Shown: positions 1 to 12,885 of the stretch, one piece after another
Numbering within the stretch: position 1 is the first letter of the stretch
Layout of the letters: each line of letters opens with the position of its first letter
Source of the DNA: Octopus sinensis
Lineage: Eukaryota
Assembly: GCF_006345805.1 (NCBI RefSeq)
Contig: NC_043020.1
Span: 16,120,001 to 16,184,000, forward strand
Direction: 5' to 3'
Length of the DNA: 64,000 nucleotides
The notes under the pieces: generated by a model
Told to the model about the DNA's origin: nothing
Seen by the model: only the letters and a program-made list of their open reading frames with translations
The model's database searches: none
Position numbers and translations under genes: made by a program

Positions 1-102
1 GTGTGTGGATCTTCTTTGAGCTCAGCATCTTCCTTACTGATTCTTGAATCGCTGTGGAAAATCTGTAGCAGTCAAAAGTAATTTAGCATGTCACAACTGA
101 CT

Positions 103-423
103 GGCACTCCGTCGGTTGTGACAAAGAGGGTTTCTAGTTGGTCCAATCAAGGAACAGTCAGCTCAGGAAATTAGCATGAAAGTGGCTGAATACTCCACAG
201 ACTCATATACCTTTAATATAGTTCTGAAAGAGATTCAGCATGACATAGAATGTGACAAGGTTCGCCTTTAGGAATACAGGTGCAACTCACTTTAGCCAGT
301 TGAGTGGATTGGAGCGACATGAAATAGTGTCTTGCTCAAGAACACAACACATCACTGGGTATTGAACACACAGCCTAACAATCACGAGCCAAATACCCTG
401 TCCACTAAGCCATGTACCTTCAC
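103..423 (-). mobile_element. SINE-A (tRNA-like head A0 + tail i), old copy
   Basis: Reverse complement is homologous to the intact copies at 28418-28801 and 48192-48573 in the tail, and to 8711-9020 in the head. Confidence 0.75.
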
Positions 424-625
424 CTACAACTGACTAGTAAAATACAAGTTGGGTGGGGTGGGGGTTGGTAATGTTTGTGCCTTGGATTGCATGAGCTGAG
501 AGCTTTTGAGTACCATTGTCAAAAGTGGCATGAGTCTCCAATGTTCTGGCCAGATAGAACACCAGCTCTTCTGACCATTCCAGTAGCAGCATTGCTTAGA
601 ATATACCCATAAAGATTCAGCAATG

Positions 626-671
626 TCTGTGTTTGTGTTGTGTGTGTGTGTCATTGTGTCGGTGTTTGTGT

Positions 672-704
<33 letters not shown>

Positions 705-920
705 CATTGTGCGAGTGTTTCTCCCTACCATCACTTGACAACCGATGCTGGTGTGTTTATGTCCCCATAACTTAGTGGTTCAGTAAAAGAGACCAATAGA
801 ATAAGTACAAGGCTTTAAAAGAATAAGTTCTGGGATTGATTTGTTTAACTAAAATTGTTCAAGGTGATACCCCAGTATGGCCACAGTGTAACAACTGAAG
901 CAAGAATATGAGATAAAAGA
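626..920 (+). mobile_element. SINE-B, 3' half
   Basis: (TG)n followed by CTTGACAACCGATGCTGGTGTGTTTA...GAATAAGTAC..., as in full copies such as 4752-5154. Confidence 0.7.
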
Positions 921-1177
921 TAATACTGTTCAAATTCACATGTTCTTGGTTGGCACATTTCCCTTCTGCATTCTCTCAACAACAAGATTGATGTCTTAGT
1001 GTCTCACAAAGATACCAGAAACCATTTTACACTGAACAATACTGGCCCAGAGATCAAGTTACATCTTGAGGGTGACATTGACCGACCTCTCACTGGAGTT
1101 CAATGAGGTCAAACATTGCAGATCTAATATTTCCTTTGAGTGCAAGTTCAGTTGTCTTCAATATTATTCATGCAAGC

Positions 1178-1178
1178 C

Positions 1179-1210
<32 letters not shown>

Positions 1211-1211
1211 G

Positions 1212-1254
<43 letters not shown>

Positions 1255-1258
1255 GTTA

Positions 1259-1339
<81 letters not shown>

Positions 1340-1395
1340 TACTATTATTGTTATTATTATTATTATTATTATTATTTATTATTATTATATTATTA

Positions 1396-1426
<31 letters not shown>

Positions 1427-1554
1427 CATTATTATTATTATTATATTATATTATTATTATTGTGTTATTATTATTATTATTTATTATTATTATTATTATA
1501 TTGTTATTGTTATTGTTATATTATTATTATATTATATTATTATTATTATTATTA

Positions 1555-1586
<32 letters not shown>

Positions 1587-1610
1587 TTATTATTATTATT
1601 ACTACTATTA

Positions 1611-1642
<32 letters not shown>

Positions 1643-1770
1643 TTGTTATTATTATTATTATTATTATTATCATTATTATTATTATTATTATTATTATATT
1701 ATTATTATTGTTATTGTTGTTATTATTATTATTATTATTGTTGTTGTTGTTATTATTATTATTATTATTA

Positions 1771-1814
<44 letters not shown>

Positions 1815-1830
1815 CATCATCATTATTATT
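1178..1830. repeat. (TAT)n microsatellite, about 650 bp
   Basis: Direct reading; it accounts for the poly-I/L/Y ORFs. Confidence 0.98.
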
Positions 1831-2376
1831 CATTTTGTTCATCATGTACAGGTACATGTGCATTCATCATTATTTTATTTATTTTATTTGATTTTAGAAA
1901 AATTGGAGAATGTCTCACAATTCCAGAGCATGTTGAACTTATTTTAAGCATGAGTTTTGGCTGATCCTATACATACATATATACATACATACATACATAC
2001 ATACATTCATACATACATACACACACACGCACACACACATAATAGAAACAATAGAAGCAGAAAATGGAATATGCAGGAAACTTTATTGGTCACTACAATT
2101 GTTTCAATACATCCTGCATTGCTCTCTCGCAGGTGGGAAACTATACAATTAATTTCAGTGCATCCCACAGTGCAGAAACATCTCATCAGGTGATATATTG
2201 ATGTATCTTGTTACATAGGTAACATTTCATTTGTTCAGATTAACTAGAGCATGTTGTTAAGGGTCACAGTTTAAATACATTGAGAAGAAATGGCAAGGAA
2301 CAGATTTTGTTGCAAAGCTGTGGATATAAACAGGAAGTAATTAAGAAAAATATGAAAAATACAAAGAATTAGGAAA

Positions 2377-2895
2377 ACAAGAGCACTCAGAGAGTTCAAA
2401 CCTCTGCCAAGGCAACACTAAAATCCTCTCAATGATTAGCCAGAGTTGTTTTTTAAAATGAGAATGTCTGAAATAATCTCGACTGCTCTCACAAACAAGA
2501 ATACTAAAAGTTAAGTTAAGTTAAGTTAATTTTTTGGCTCAAAAAGCAAAAAGCAATGCCATGTAGGGGGACATGGAGTTATGTACAGGGGTGTTCATGC
2601 AAAGAGTTCAGGCCATTTCTGGTCAAGAGAGACTTTGAACCGAGCAGTCGTCAGCTAACCACTCTCAAAAATTAAGTAGAAAAGCAGGAAAAATAATCCA
2701 GAATCGTTGACTGGCACCGGATCGGTCCCAAAATCTAATCAGTTCATGCCAGTCATGATGCCAAAAATCCATGAAAGTTTCATCTTAATCCATCCAGCGG
2801 TTCTTGAGATATCTTGTCCATGGTCCAACAAACAAACAATGAAAGACAAACACAACTGAAAACAATACCTCCACCTTTGCTAAGGCAGAAGTAAT
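2377..2895 (-). mobile_element. Non-autonomous Helitron2/Helentron-like element
   Basis: On the minus strand it starts with an imperfect hairpin (ACTTCTGCCTTAGCAAAGGTGGAGGT) and ends CCTTGGCAGAGGTTTGAACTCTCTGAGTGCTCTTGT, a subterminal-inverted-repeat layout typical of such elements; no ORF. Confidence 0.5.
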
Positions 2896-2977
2896 AAAGC
2901 ATGCAATAAAGTAAAATAAAGCAAACCATTAAGTGTGCCACAACCCATCACACTGTTAGTTGTTTACACACATACTT

Positions 2978-3261
2978 TCCAATCAATGGAACAGCCTGCT
3001 CATGAAATTAATATGCAAGTGGCTGAGTACTCCACAGACATGTATACCCTTAATATTGTTCTCAGGGATATTTTGTGTGATACAAAATGTGACAAGGCTA
3101 GCCCTTTGAATTACAGGTATGACTCATTTTGGCAGATGAGTCGTCTGGAGAAATGTGAAATAAAGCATCTTGCTCAAGGACAAAAAGTGCCACCAAGTAT
3201 TGACCACATGACCTTACGATCATGAGCTCATCACCCTAACCACTAAGCCACTGGCCTTCAC
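2978..3261 (-). mobile_element. SINE-A (head A0 + tail i)
   Basis: Homologous to 103-423 and 8711-9020. Confidence 0.75.
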
Positions 3262-3829
3262 ATGTTACCACTGTTATTGCTAAAATACAGCACTCAGTGT
3301 TCCAGTACATGTTGCTGTAAATAAAATAAGTCCCACAAGGAGGTACAGTTCACTGGGAATTGAACCCACAACCTTATAACCATAAGTCAAATGCCTTAAC
3401 CACTATGCTACCACAGTATATAATATATAGAGTATAAACAAAATTGAGGCCAGTTTCTAATGTAGAAATGATAAAACTGATTAGAAGATTGTGGTCAAAG
3501 ATTGACCCATATTGATTTGGTATCTCTTAGAGAGTGTAAAGTGGACTGCTTGTGGACTGTGTTCTGTGGTTGAACCATATTCATCTAATATCTATAACTG
3601 ACACCTTGGTGGATAGCGGTCCGAGACTAAACAATATTAACCTTATATTTATTTCTGACAGCGAGGTGAACTGATTGGTGGATTGTCATCAGAGATGGAA
3701 CCACGTTGATCTGATATTGATTACTGACAGGTAACTGAACTAAATGCAATGTAACTTAAAATGTTTGACTTTGAAAAAAATGCCTTTGGTGAATTTTGAA
3801 CTCATTATCTGTGTGCACAAAAGGCAGCA

Positions 3830-4215
3830 AGATAGCAAAATAGTTACCTTGCTTGGCAAAATACTGAGTGGCATTTTGTCTATCTTTATGTTCTGAGTTC
3901 AAATGCCACCTGGGTTGACTTTGCCTTTTATCCTTTTGGGGTCGATAAAATAAGTATCAGCCTGCTCATGAAATTAATATGCAAGTGGCTGAGTACTCCA
4001 CAGACATGAATACCCTTAATATTGTTCTCAGGGATATTTTGTGTGATACAAAATGTGACAAGGCTGGCCCTTTGAATTACAGGTATGACTCATTTTGGCA
4101 GATGAGTCGTCTGGAGCAATGTGAAATAAAGCATCTTGCTCAAGGACAAAAAGTTGATGTAATTGACTTATTCCCTTAGTCCAAAATTGCTGGCCTTTTG
4201 CTAAAATTTGAAACT
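3830..4215 (+). mobile_element. SINE-C interrupted by a copied SINE-A fragment (3958-4154)
   Basis: GTTCTGAGTTCAAAT...CCTTTTATCCTTTTGGGGTCGATAAAATAAGTATCAG, then the insert, then GATGTAATTGACTTA. Confidence 0.7.
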
Positions 4216-4751
4216 AATATTGATCTGGTATTTATTCCTGACAGCTATGTGAACTGATTGGTGGATTATCAATAGATATTGAATCATGTTGATCTGATAT
4301 CAAATACTGACAGGTAACTGACCTGAACATAACGTAGCTGAAAATGTTTGACTTTGAAAAAAATGTCTTTGGTGAACTTTGAACTCATTATCTATGTACA
4401 AAAGAAGGCAGAGAGCTGGAGAAACTTAGCGTTTCTTTCAGCTTTACATTCTGAGTTCAAATTCTGCTGAGGTCGACTTTGCCTTTAATCCTTTTGGAGT
4501 CAATGAAATAAGTGTTTGTTGAGATGTAATCAATTAGCCCCCTTCCCCATTTTCAGGCCTTATGCCTTGTGCCAAATTTCAAGCCTTGCGCCTATAGTAG
4601 AAAAAATAATTATTTTTGTAATTAAGGTGGTAGGATTAAGGTTATTAAACTGGCAGGATTATTGGCTCACTGGACAAAATATAGCATTCCTTCGAGGTTT
4701 ACAGTCAGAGTTCAAATTCCTCTGAGGTTAACTTTACCTTTCATCTTTTCA

Positions 4752-5154
4752 GGTGCAGGAGTGGGTGTGTGGTAAGTAGCTTGCTTACCAACCACATGGT
4801 TCCGGGTTCAGTCCCACTGCGTGGCACCTTGGACAAGTGTCTTCTACTATAGCCTCGAACTGACCAAAGCCTTGTGCGTGGATTTGGTAGACAGAAACTG
4901 AAAGAAGCCCGTCGTGTATATGTATATATATATATATATATGTGTGTGTGTATGTTTGTGTGTCTGTGTTTGTCCCCCCAACATCGCTTGACAACCGATG
5001 GTGGTGTGTTTACATCCCAGTAACTTAGCAGTTCAGCAAAAGAGACCGACAGAATAAGTACTAGGCTTACAAAGAATAAGTCCTGGGGTCGATTTGCTCG
5101 ACTAAAGGTGGTACTCCAGCATGGCCACAGTCAAATGACTGAAACAAGTAAAAG
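4752..5154 (+). mobile_element. SINE-B, full length
   Basis: A-box-like GGTGTGTGGTAAG, B-box-like GGTTCAGTCCC, CCTTGGACAAGTGTCTT core, internal (TA)n(TG)n, tail GACTGAAACAAGTAAAAG; more than 12 homologues in the window. Confidence 0.85.
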
Positions 5155-5345
5155 TGTGGCAAGCTGGCAGGATTGTTGGCATACTGGACAAAATATAGCA
5201 TTCCTTCCAACTTTACAGTCAGAGTTCAAATTCCTCTGAGGTTAACTTTACCTTTCATCTTTTCGGGGTCAAGGAAATAAGTATCAGTTGAACACTGAGG
5301 TCGATGTAATTGACTTGCCCCCTGCCTGCAAAACCTCAGGCCTTT
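5155..5345 (+). mobile_element. SINE-C; its first ~100 bp are duplicated at 4650-4750
   Basis: GAGTTCAAATTCC...CCTTTCATCTTTTCGGGGTC...GTCGATGTAATTGAC. Confidence 0.7.
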
Positions 5346-5846
5346 AATTCAAGACTTCATGATTGTGAAATAAACTTCTTTGTTAATCAGCTATCCTACA
5401 CTTACCATTTGACAAACAGAGATTGATGAAATAAGAACTAGAGTGAAACGTATATTGGGGTCAATATGATTGATCTCCCCCACCAACCCGCCCACCAACC
5501 CACCAGCTCTTGAAGGTAGAACCCCAGTATGACCAAAGGCCTGTACCAGTAAAAGTTTATATAAAAGAAAGAAGTGTTTCATCATTGATTTTCTTTGAGC
5601 TTATGAAGAAAATTTAAACATAGGTGCAGGAGTGGTTGTATAGTTAAGAAGCTCACCATTCAACTACCTGTTCTCAGGTTGACCCATTGCAACTGGGTCA
5701 AGTGTAAGTCAGTAGCCCTGTACATCAATGAAATTGGGTCACTGGTCAAACGTGAGTCCATTAGTCAACTATTTAGGTTTTATGATATTTCTATGAAACA
5801 GCAAGCACAACTCTAGACAATCAAAATTAATTGCTAAATAGAATCT

Positions 5847-6290
5847 ATCATCATCATCATCATCATCATCGTTTAACGTCTGCTTTCCATGCTAGCATGG
5901 GTTGGACGGTTCAACTGGGGGTCTGGGAAGCCAGAAGGCTGCACCAGGCCCAGTCTGATCTGGCAGTGTTTCTACAGCTGGATGCCCTTCCTAACACCAA
6001 CCACTCCATGAGTGTAGTGGGTGCTTTTTACATGCCACCAGCACAGGTGCCAGACGAGGCTGGCAACAGCCACGATCGGATGGTGCTTTTTACATGCCAC
6101 CAGCACGGAGGCCAGACGAGGCTGGCAATGGTCACAATAAGATGGTGCTTTTTACGTGCCACCTGCACGGAGGCCAGTCAGGGTGGCGCTGGCTATGGCC
6201 ACGTTCGGATGGTTCTCTTATGTGCCACCGGCACTGATATCACAGCTACAAATTCTATTGGTGTTGATCGATTGCGATTTTGATTTTGAG
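5847..6290 (-). mobile_element. RTE LINE 3' end (3'UTR with degenerate minisatellite units and (GAT)n tail)
   Basis: Same 3' terminus as the RT-containing copy at 11790-14856. Confidence 0.8.
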
Positions 6291-6971
6291 TGATCTGCCC
6301 ACTTACTCTCCCGTTGAAATTCATGAATTAGCCCATCCTTCTGAAATCTGGAGCAAATCCTATTATTACATTGCTATGTTTATCCTATAGAAGTGAAGTA
6401 ACCAATTTACGTTTGTGTTATATTCATTCATTCAGTTATGATTAAATGACTGTGAAGGTCATTATGTAATAAGTATTCTATAATGGACATGACTATATCA
6501 ATGTTCTTATTCATGCTTCCATGCGTGACATATGATTCGTCACCCTTCCATTGAAATAACTGTAAGCCATGAAATAAATGTAATTCCATCAACTCCAATC
6601 TTCATTTAATGAGTACCCACATACACACTATTTGTCAATGAAATACTGAATCCTAGCTAAAGTATTATTTAACATTATGGAGGTGTACTTGCATAGCAAA
6701 TGATTTGATCTGAGATAGTGTGCTGAAACGAAAACAATTGCAGTGTGGAAGATGTTTGTAAGCCATTTAAGAAACACACAAAAGCCATTCGATTCACTTC
6801 AATATTTAAGTTTAATTTGTCAAAATATTTTCGTCGCTTTAAGACTGCGACCTGTTTCTGCTGTTTATTATTTAACAGTATTACTTAAAAGTATTATTTG
6901 AGAACATTGCCTTAAACAGCAATGCAATTTCATGACTTTGATTGTATGGAGCTTATGATGTTTATAATAAT

Positions 6972-7345
6972 ACTAGCAGTATAGCCCGGTGATGCTCAGG
7001 TTTGTTTTTTAGTTGCACTTAAAACGGCACACCTTGATGTCGCGTTGACGAAGTTTTGACATAGTTTCAATCTTTTTTTGAAAAGTAAAAATTTTGCATT
7101 ATGTAGCTTGTTATTCTCTTTAAGTGAACATCTTTCTGGTTGAAATACACCAAAAACTGGCGACGCAGCAGTCAAAAAATCGTAAAAAATAGGGATTTTC
7201 ATAGAAAAAAAGCACTTTTTTGATGTAAATAATTTTTGGTCTTAACGTGGTCCTATTTGAATCTTTCTTCTATGGAAGGAAGAGCAAGCCTTTTTCTATC
7301 ACACTCTCAATTTTGGTCAACATACGCCACAGGGTCTCGGAAGAG
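6972..7345 (+). mobile_element. Non-autonomous Helitron-like element, 5' part
   Basis: Starts ACTAGCAGTATAGCCCGGTGATGCTCAGG, the same terminus as 26042-26346. Confidence 0.5.
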
Positions 7346-7453
7346 ATAGCGTTTTTATGTGCCACTGGCACCGGAGCCAGTCAGGCAGTACTGGCATCAA
7401 CCACGTTTGGTTGGTGCATTTTATGTGCCACATGCACAGAAGCCAGTTACACA

Positions 7454-7511
<58 letters not shown>

Positions 7512-7888
7512 CACATGTATTTTGTTGTGCCTTGAGATAGTCATTACACCAATAATAATAGCAGATGTGCAGGTTCAATTTCACTGCTGTATTATTAGTC
7601 ATTTGGTTAAATATCCAACCACCTAACCAATCGATCAATTGTTTAATGCGTTGGTTAAATAATCAATTGATTGTATTGCCAGTCAAAGATCTTACATTGC
7701 TGTTCACGACCTTTCCAGTGACTTAGTGACTTCCACTCTCACTCTGAAGTTTGCTCTGCATCTCTCTTAGAATTGCTGTTATGTCTGTGCATATGCACGT
7801 ATGTATGTGTGTGTGCAGATGGGTGTTTACTTTGAAGAGGAGGTAAGGGCGAGTGTTGACAAAATATTTGTCTGTGTGTGTATGTATG

Positions 7889-7931
<43 letters not shown>

Positions 7932-8191
7932 TGTGTGTATTTAAGAAAACAAATAGAAATGGCTTCTCTGATAATTTTTCCACTTTAATAATTAGATGTT
8001 TATTAGTAAAACTTATAAACATCTAATTATTAAAGTGGAAAAATTATCAGAAAAGCTATTTCTATTCATTTTTCCATATATATATAATACTGTACCTAGA
8101 ATTTTCTGCTTCTTATTCTACTACATATATATACATGTACATGTGTGTGTGTGTGTGTGTGTGTGTACACAGGATAGCTTTCTTTTACTTT

Positions 8192-8426
8192 CTTATTTCT
8201 TTATTGCCCACAAGGGGCGAAACATAGAGGGAACAAACAAGGACAGACAAAAGGATTAAGTTGATTACATTGACCCCAGTATGTAACTGGTACTTAATTT
8301 ATCGACCCCAAAAGGATGAAAGCCGAAGTCAACCACGGCGGAATTTGAACTCAGAACGTAACAACAGACGAAATACCACTAAGCATTTCGACAGGTGTGC
8401 TAGCGATTCTGCCAGCTCGCCACCTT
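8192..8426 (-). mobile_element. SINE-C
   Basis: Homologous to 15165-15401, 41287-41518 and 62815-63008. Confidence 0.8.
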
Positions 8427-8710
8427 ACTTTTACTTTCTGTCACCAAATCCATTTGCAAGACTTTGATCTACCCTGGGCTATGGTAGAAGATACTTATAA
8501 AAATTGTCATACTGTGAGACTCAAGTCAGAACCATATGATTAGGAATCAAACTTCTTACCACACAGCCACACCCTTACCTAGCACTACCACCACACCCAG
8601 ATTCTCCATCAAACAAACCAATGAGAGACAGCCTTTACATGGTTACTCACACACCCCACCATCACAACAATGTAAAAATATGTAATATAATGCAGTTTTA
8701 GGTTGTCATC

Positions 8711-9020
8711 ATGAAGGTGCATGGCTTAGTGGTTAGGGTATTTGGCTCCCGATCATAAGGTTATGAGTTTGATTCCTGGTGATGTGTTGTGTCCTTGAGT
8801 AAGTCACTTTATTTCACATTGCTCCAGTCAACTCAGCTGGCAAAAAAGAGGTGGACCTGTATTTCAAAGCGCCAGCCTTGTCACATGCTGTATCATGTTG
8901 AATCTCTGACTCTCTCTGAGAACTACATTAAGGGTACATGTGTCTGTGGAGTGCTCTGCCATATGCACGTTAATTTTGTGAGCAAGCTCTTCCCTTGATG
9001 TCAAAACCGACAGAGTGCCA
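8711..9020 (+). mobile_element. SINE-A (head A0 + tail i)
   Basis: TGGCTTAGTGG A-box, GAGTTTGATTCC B-box, CCTTGAGTAAGTCACTT core, tail i. Confidence 0.8.
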
Positions 9021-9334
9021 GGTTGTTATCAAATTTATGTATATGAACACGTAAATATCTGCAAGATCATCAGCATAGTCTGTTGTTTACAAAACATAAT
9101 TTCCAGAATTACATACAGAACGCTCAACTGAAATCGAGTATGTATAAAGTTCTACAAATTATCTTTAAGTGTATCTTTCAAATGCCTTCACTTTGGTGCG
9201 CTGAGGTTGGAAATTACTCTGCAGTTAATAAATTACAGCAGCCAATTTACTGGCTAGAGAACATTTTTTATTGAAAATTAAATAATTTAAAATTAAACAA
9301 TTTCTACCCTTATTATATAATTTATATATATATA

Positions 9335-9487
9335 GGTGCAGGAGTGGCTGTGTGGTAAGTAGCTTGCCGGGTTCAGTCCCACTGCGTGGCATCTTGGGCA
9401 AGTGTCTTCTGCTATAGCCCCGGGCCGACCAATGCCTTGTTAGTGGATTTGGTAGACGGAAACTGAAAGAAGCCTGTCGTATATATG

Positions 9488-9518
<31 letters not shown>

Positions 9519-9722
9519 CTTTGTGTGTCTGTGTTTGTCCCCCTAGCATTGCTTGACAACCGATGCTGGTGTGTTTACTTCCCCGTCACTTAGCAGTTTG
9601 GCAAAAGAGACCGATAGAATAAGTACTGGGCTTACAAAGAATAAGTCCCAGGGTCGATCTGCTCGACTAAAGGCGGTGCTCCAGCATGGACTGAAACAAG
9701 TAAAAGAGTAAAGAGTAAAAGA

Positions 9723-9723
<1 letters not shown>
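9335..9723 (+). mobile_element. SINE-B
   Basis: Homologous to 4752-5154; tail (GTAAAAGA)n. Confidence 0.85.
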
Positions 9724-9767
<44 letters not shown>

Positions 9768-10623
9768 CAATGTATCATATATCTGGAAAACAAACACAAG
9801 AGCATAAAAACTGCAGCCCTCTGCCAAGCCACGGTAAGCCAGTGTAACAGAGAAGGCTCTTCAAACCAGTATGATCTAAAGCTCAAACTCACAGCCTCCA
9901 AATCAGACCATGGTTGGTGGAGAGAACATGCTGAGTCCTTCATTCTACAGTGGACTGAACATAGGCAATCCAATCCAGTGTGTGATAGTTATGGCAGAAC
10001 TATCTTTAATTATAGGTTTGCTTGAACGGGCCAACTCTTGAGCTAAAAACCCAAATGACTGACCTTCAAATAACACATTAGGACTGATAGTCCTACACAC
10101 ATTGTCTGGAAACTAAAAAAGAAACAAATGAAGGCTTGCTTGTCTTGATTTTATATGATGGTTGTAAATGTATGTTGCCATCATGCAACTGGCGTCTTTT
10201 GTTTTTGTTCTTTTTGTGAAAACAGATCTGGTCATGGGGAAATGTTAAATTTTTTTTTGGAAATGTGTGAGGGTTGTTGACAGGAAGGGCATTTGGCTGT
10301 AGATAAATCTGCCTCGACAAAATTTCGTCTAACCCAACCAAGTATGGAGAGAGTGGGTGTTAAAACAACAACGATGATGATGATTATGATGATGATGATG
10401 ATGACAATGATGATAAAGAGGATGATGATGATGAGAAGGAGGAGGGGGAGGAGGAGGAGGAAGAGGAGGAGGAAGAGGAGGAGGAAGAGGAGGAAATGGT
10501 TATACATATGCAAGCACGAATACACACACACACATGCACAGATATGCTTTATGCTTCAGTGAGTGTGTGTATGTGTGCATGTGTGCATGTGTGTGTGCAT
10601 GTATGTGTGCATGTGCATGCATC

Positions 10624-10655
<32 letters not shown>

Positions 10656-11959
10656 TGTGTGTGTGTGTGTGCGTGTGTCATTGCTCTGCCAAATTTACGA
10701 CAAGGTTAAAAGTGCCTACCCAGACAAAAACTATAAATATTAATTACCAAAATATTAAAAAAGAACAAACAAAAAGAAATGCAAATGATTTCCAATTCCT
10801 TATAAAAATGATAATTTAATTTATGGAATTTAATGCATAATTCAGCAAAATGCAACTATTTTGATATCAGATATGCTGAATATCTGATAACTTTCAACTT
10901 CAATATATCGAATGACATGTACAGCTCTCAATATCATGCATTCTGTGTTCAGCTCCTATAATACATAAAATATATTTAAAATGGTGGCAGATATCAAACT
11001 GCGACTATAAATGTCAATATGTCATTATATATGAGTGTAACTTCGGTTATCTGTTTGCCTCTAATGACTGAAATAATTTTACGAGATATTTTCAATTTTT
11101 CCTTTTTTGACATGCAAGTATATATAAATATGTATAAAACTACAAAACTGTCTAATTGAAAAATATATATTTTATGCATTTTAAAGTATACATAAACACA
11201 TAATATATATGTGTGTATGTATGCATATATATAAAATCATATATATATATATATTATATATATATATATATAATATATATATATATATTATTTATTTATT
11301 TATTTATATAGTATGTATATATATATATACATATGTATATATATGTACATTTACTACATATGAATATATTGATATAGATAAATAGAGATCGATCGAAAAA
11401 TTGATAGATAAATGGATATATATATATATATGTATGTATATGTATATATATGTATATATATATACATATATATGTATATGTATATATATATGTGTGTGTA
11501 TATATATATGTATATATATAGATGTCAATATAGGTGTAATTATTATTTATAGATATCTTCATGGTTAATAAAATATGTTTACATATTGCCTTGTGATGAA
11601 TGGTAAGAGTTGTTGACAATCTACTTTATTAATGTCTACTATCAACTCTGAATATTTTTGCATGACATGTTTCTGATGTGTATATATATGTGTGTGTGTG
11701 TCTTTAGTAATAACAATAATAATCCTTGGATGCAATTTTAAAATATTTCAATGCATTGCTGTGTGTTCCAACAGATTACGTTTCTTTAGATCATCATCAT
11801 CATCATCATCATCATCGTTTAGCGTCCGTTTTCCATGCTAGCATGGGTTGGACGGGTCAACTGGGGTCTGTGAAGCTGCAAGGCTTTGTCAGGCCCAGTC
11901 AGATCTGGCAGTGTTTCTACGGCTGGATGCCCTTCCTAACGCCAACCACTCCGCGAGTG

Positions 11960-12870
11960 TAGTGGGTGTTTTTTACGTGCCACCTGCACAGGTGCCAGAC
12001 AGAGCTGGCGAACGGCCATGAACGGATGGTGCTTTTACGTGTCACCGGCACGGGGCCAGGCGATGCTGGCAATGGACACGAACGGATGGTGCTTTTACGT
12101 GCCACCGACACGGGGCCAGACAGAGCTGGCAACCGGCCACGAACGGACAGTGCTTTTACGTGTCACCGGCACAGGGGCCAGCCGAGGCTGGCAACGGACG
12201 TGAACGGGTGGTGCTTTTACGTGCCACCGACACGGTTGCCAGACAGAGCTGGCAAACGGCCACGAGCGGACGGTGCTTTTACGTGTCACCGGCACGGGGG
12301 CCAGCCAAGGCTGGCAACGGACACGGACGGATGGTGCTTTTACGTGCCACCGACACGGGGCCAGACAGAGCTGGCAAACGGCCACGAACGGATGGTGCTT
12401 TTACGTGTCACCAGCACGGGGGCCAGCCGAGGCTGGCAACGGACGCAAACAGATGGTGCTTTTACGTGCCACCGACACGGTTGCCAGACAGAGCTGGCAA
12501 ACGGCCACGAGCGGACGGTGCTTTTACATGTCACCGGCACGGGGGCCAGCTGAGGCTGGCAATGGACACGGACGGATGGTGCTTTCGTGCCACCGACTGG
12601 AGCCACAGAGCTGGCAAACGGCCATGAATGGATGGTGCTTTTACGTGCCACCGACACGGGGCCAGACAGAGCTGACCAACGGCCACGAACGGACGGTGCT
12701 TTTACGTGTCACCGGCACGGGGCCAGGCGAGGCTGGAAACAAACACGAACGGATGGTGCTTTTACGTGCCACCGACACGGGGCCAGGCAGAGCTGGCAAA
12801 CGGCCATGAGCGAATGGTGCTTTTACACGTATCACCGGCACGGGTGCCAGACAAGGCTGACAGCGGACAC
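11960..12870. repeat. Minisatellite, 15 units of about 55-63 bp, alternating a/b types
   Basis: GTGCTTTT(T)ACGTG(C/T)CACC recurs from about 11966 to 12817. Confidence 0.95.
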
Positions 12871-12885
12871 GAACAGATGGGTCAC

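Noticed and set aside
1066-1964. Long ORFs in three frames
   Set aside because: Pure (TAT)n microsatellite translation.
2131-2190. Possible 57-nt exon (CTCTCTCGCAG/...CAG-GTGATA)
   Set aside because: Plausible splice sites, but no recognisable peptide and no partner exons; RNA-seq would be needed.
3661-3730. Exon-like AG...GT segment, duplicated at about 4240
   Set aside because: The first copy has stops in all three frames, and the segment is part of a local duplication.
5400-5545. Minus-strand exon candidate with a GTAAGT donor
   Set aside because: The sequence resembles decayed SINE-B/C pieces and the peptide is unrecognised.
11960-12870. CRISPR-like array
   Set aside because: Units are homologous along their whole length with no unique spacers, there are no cas genes, and the context is a eukaryotic LINE.
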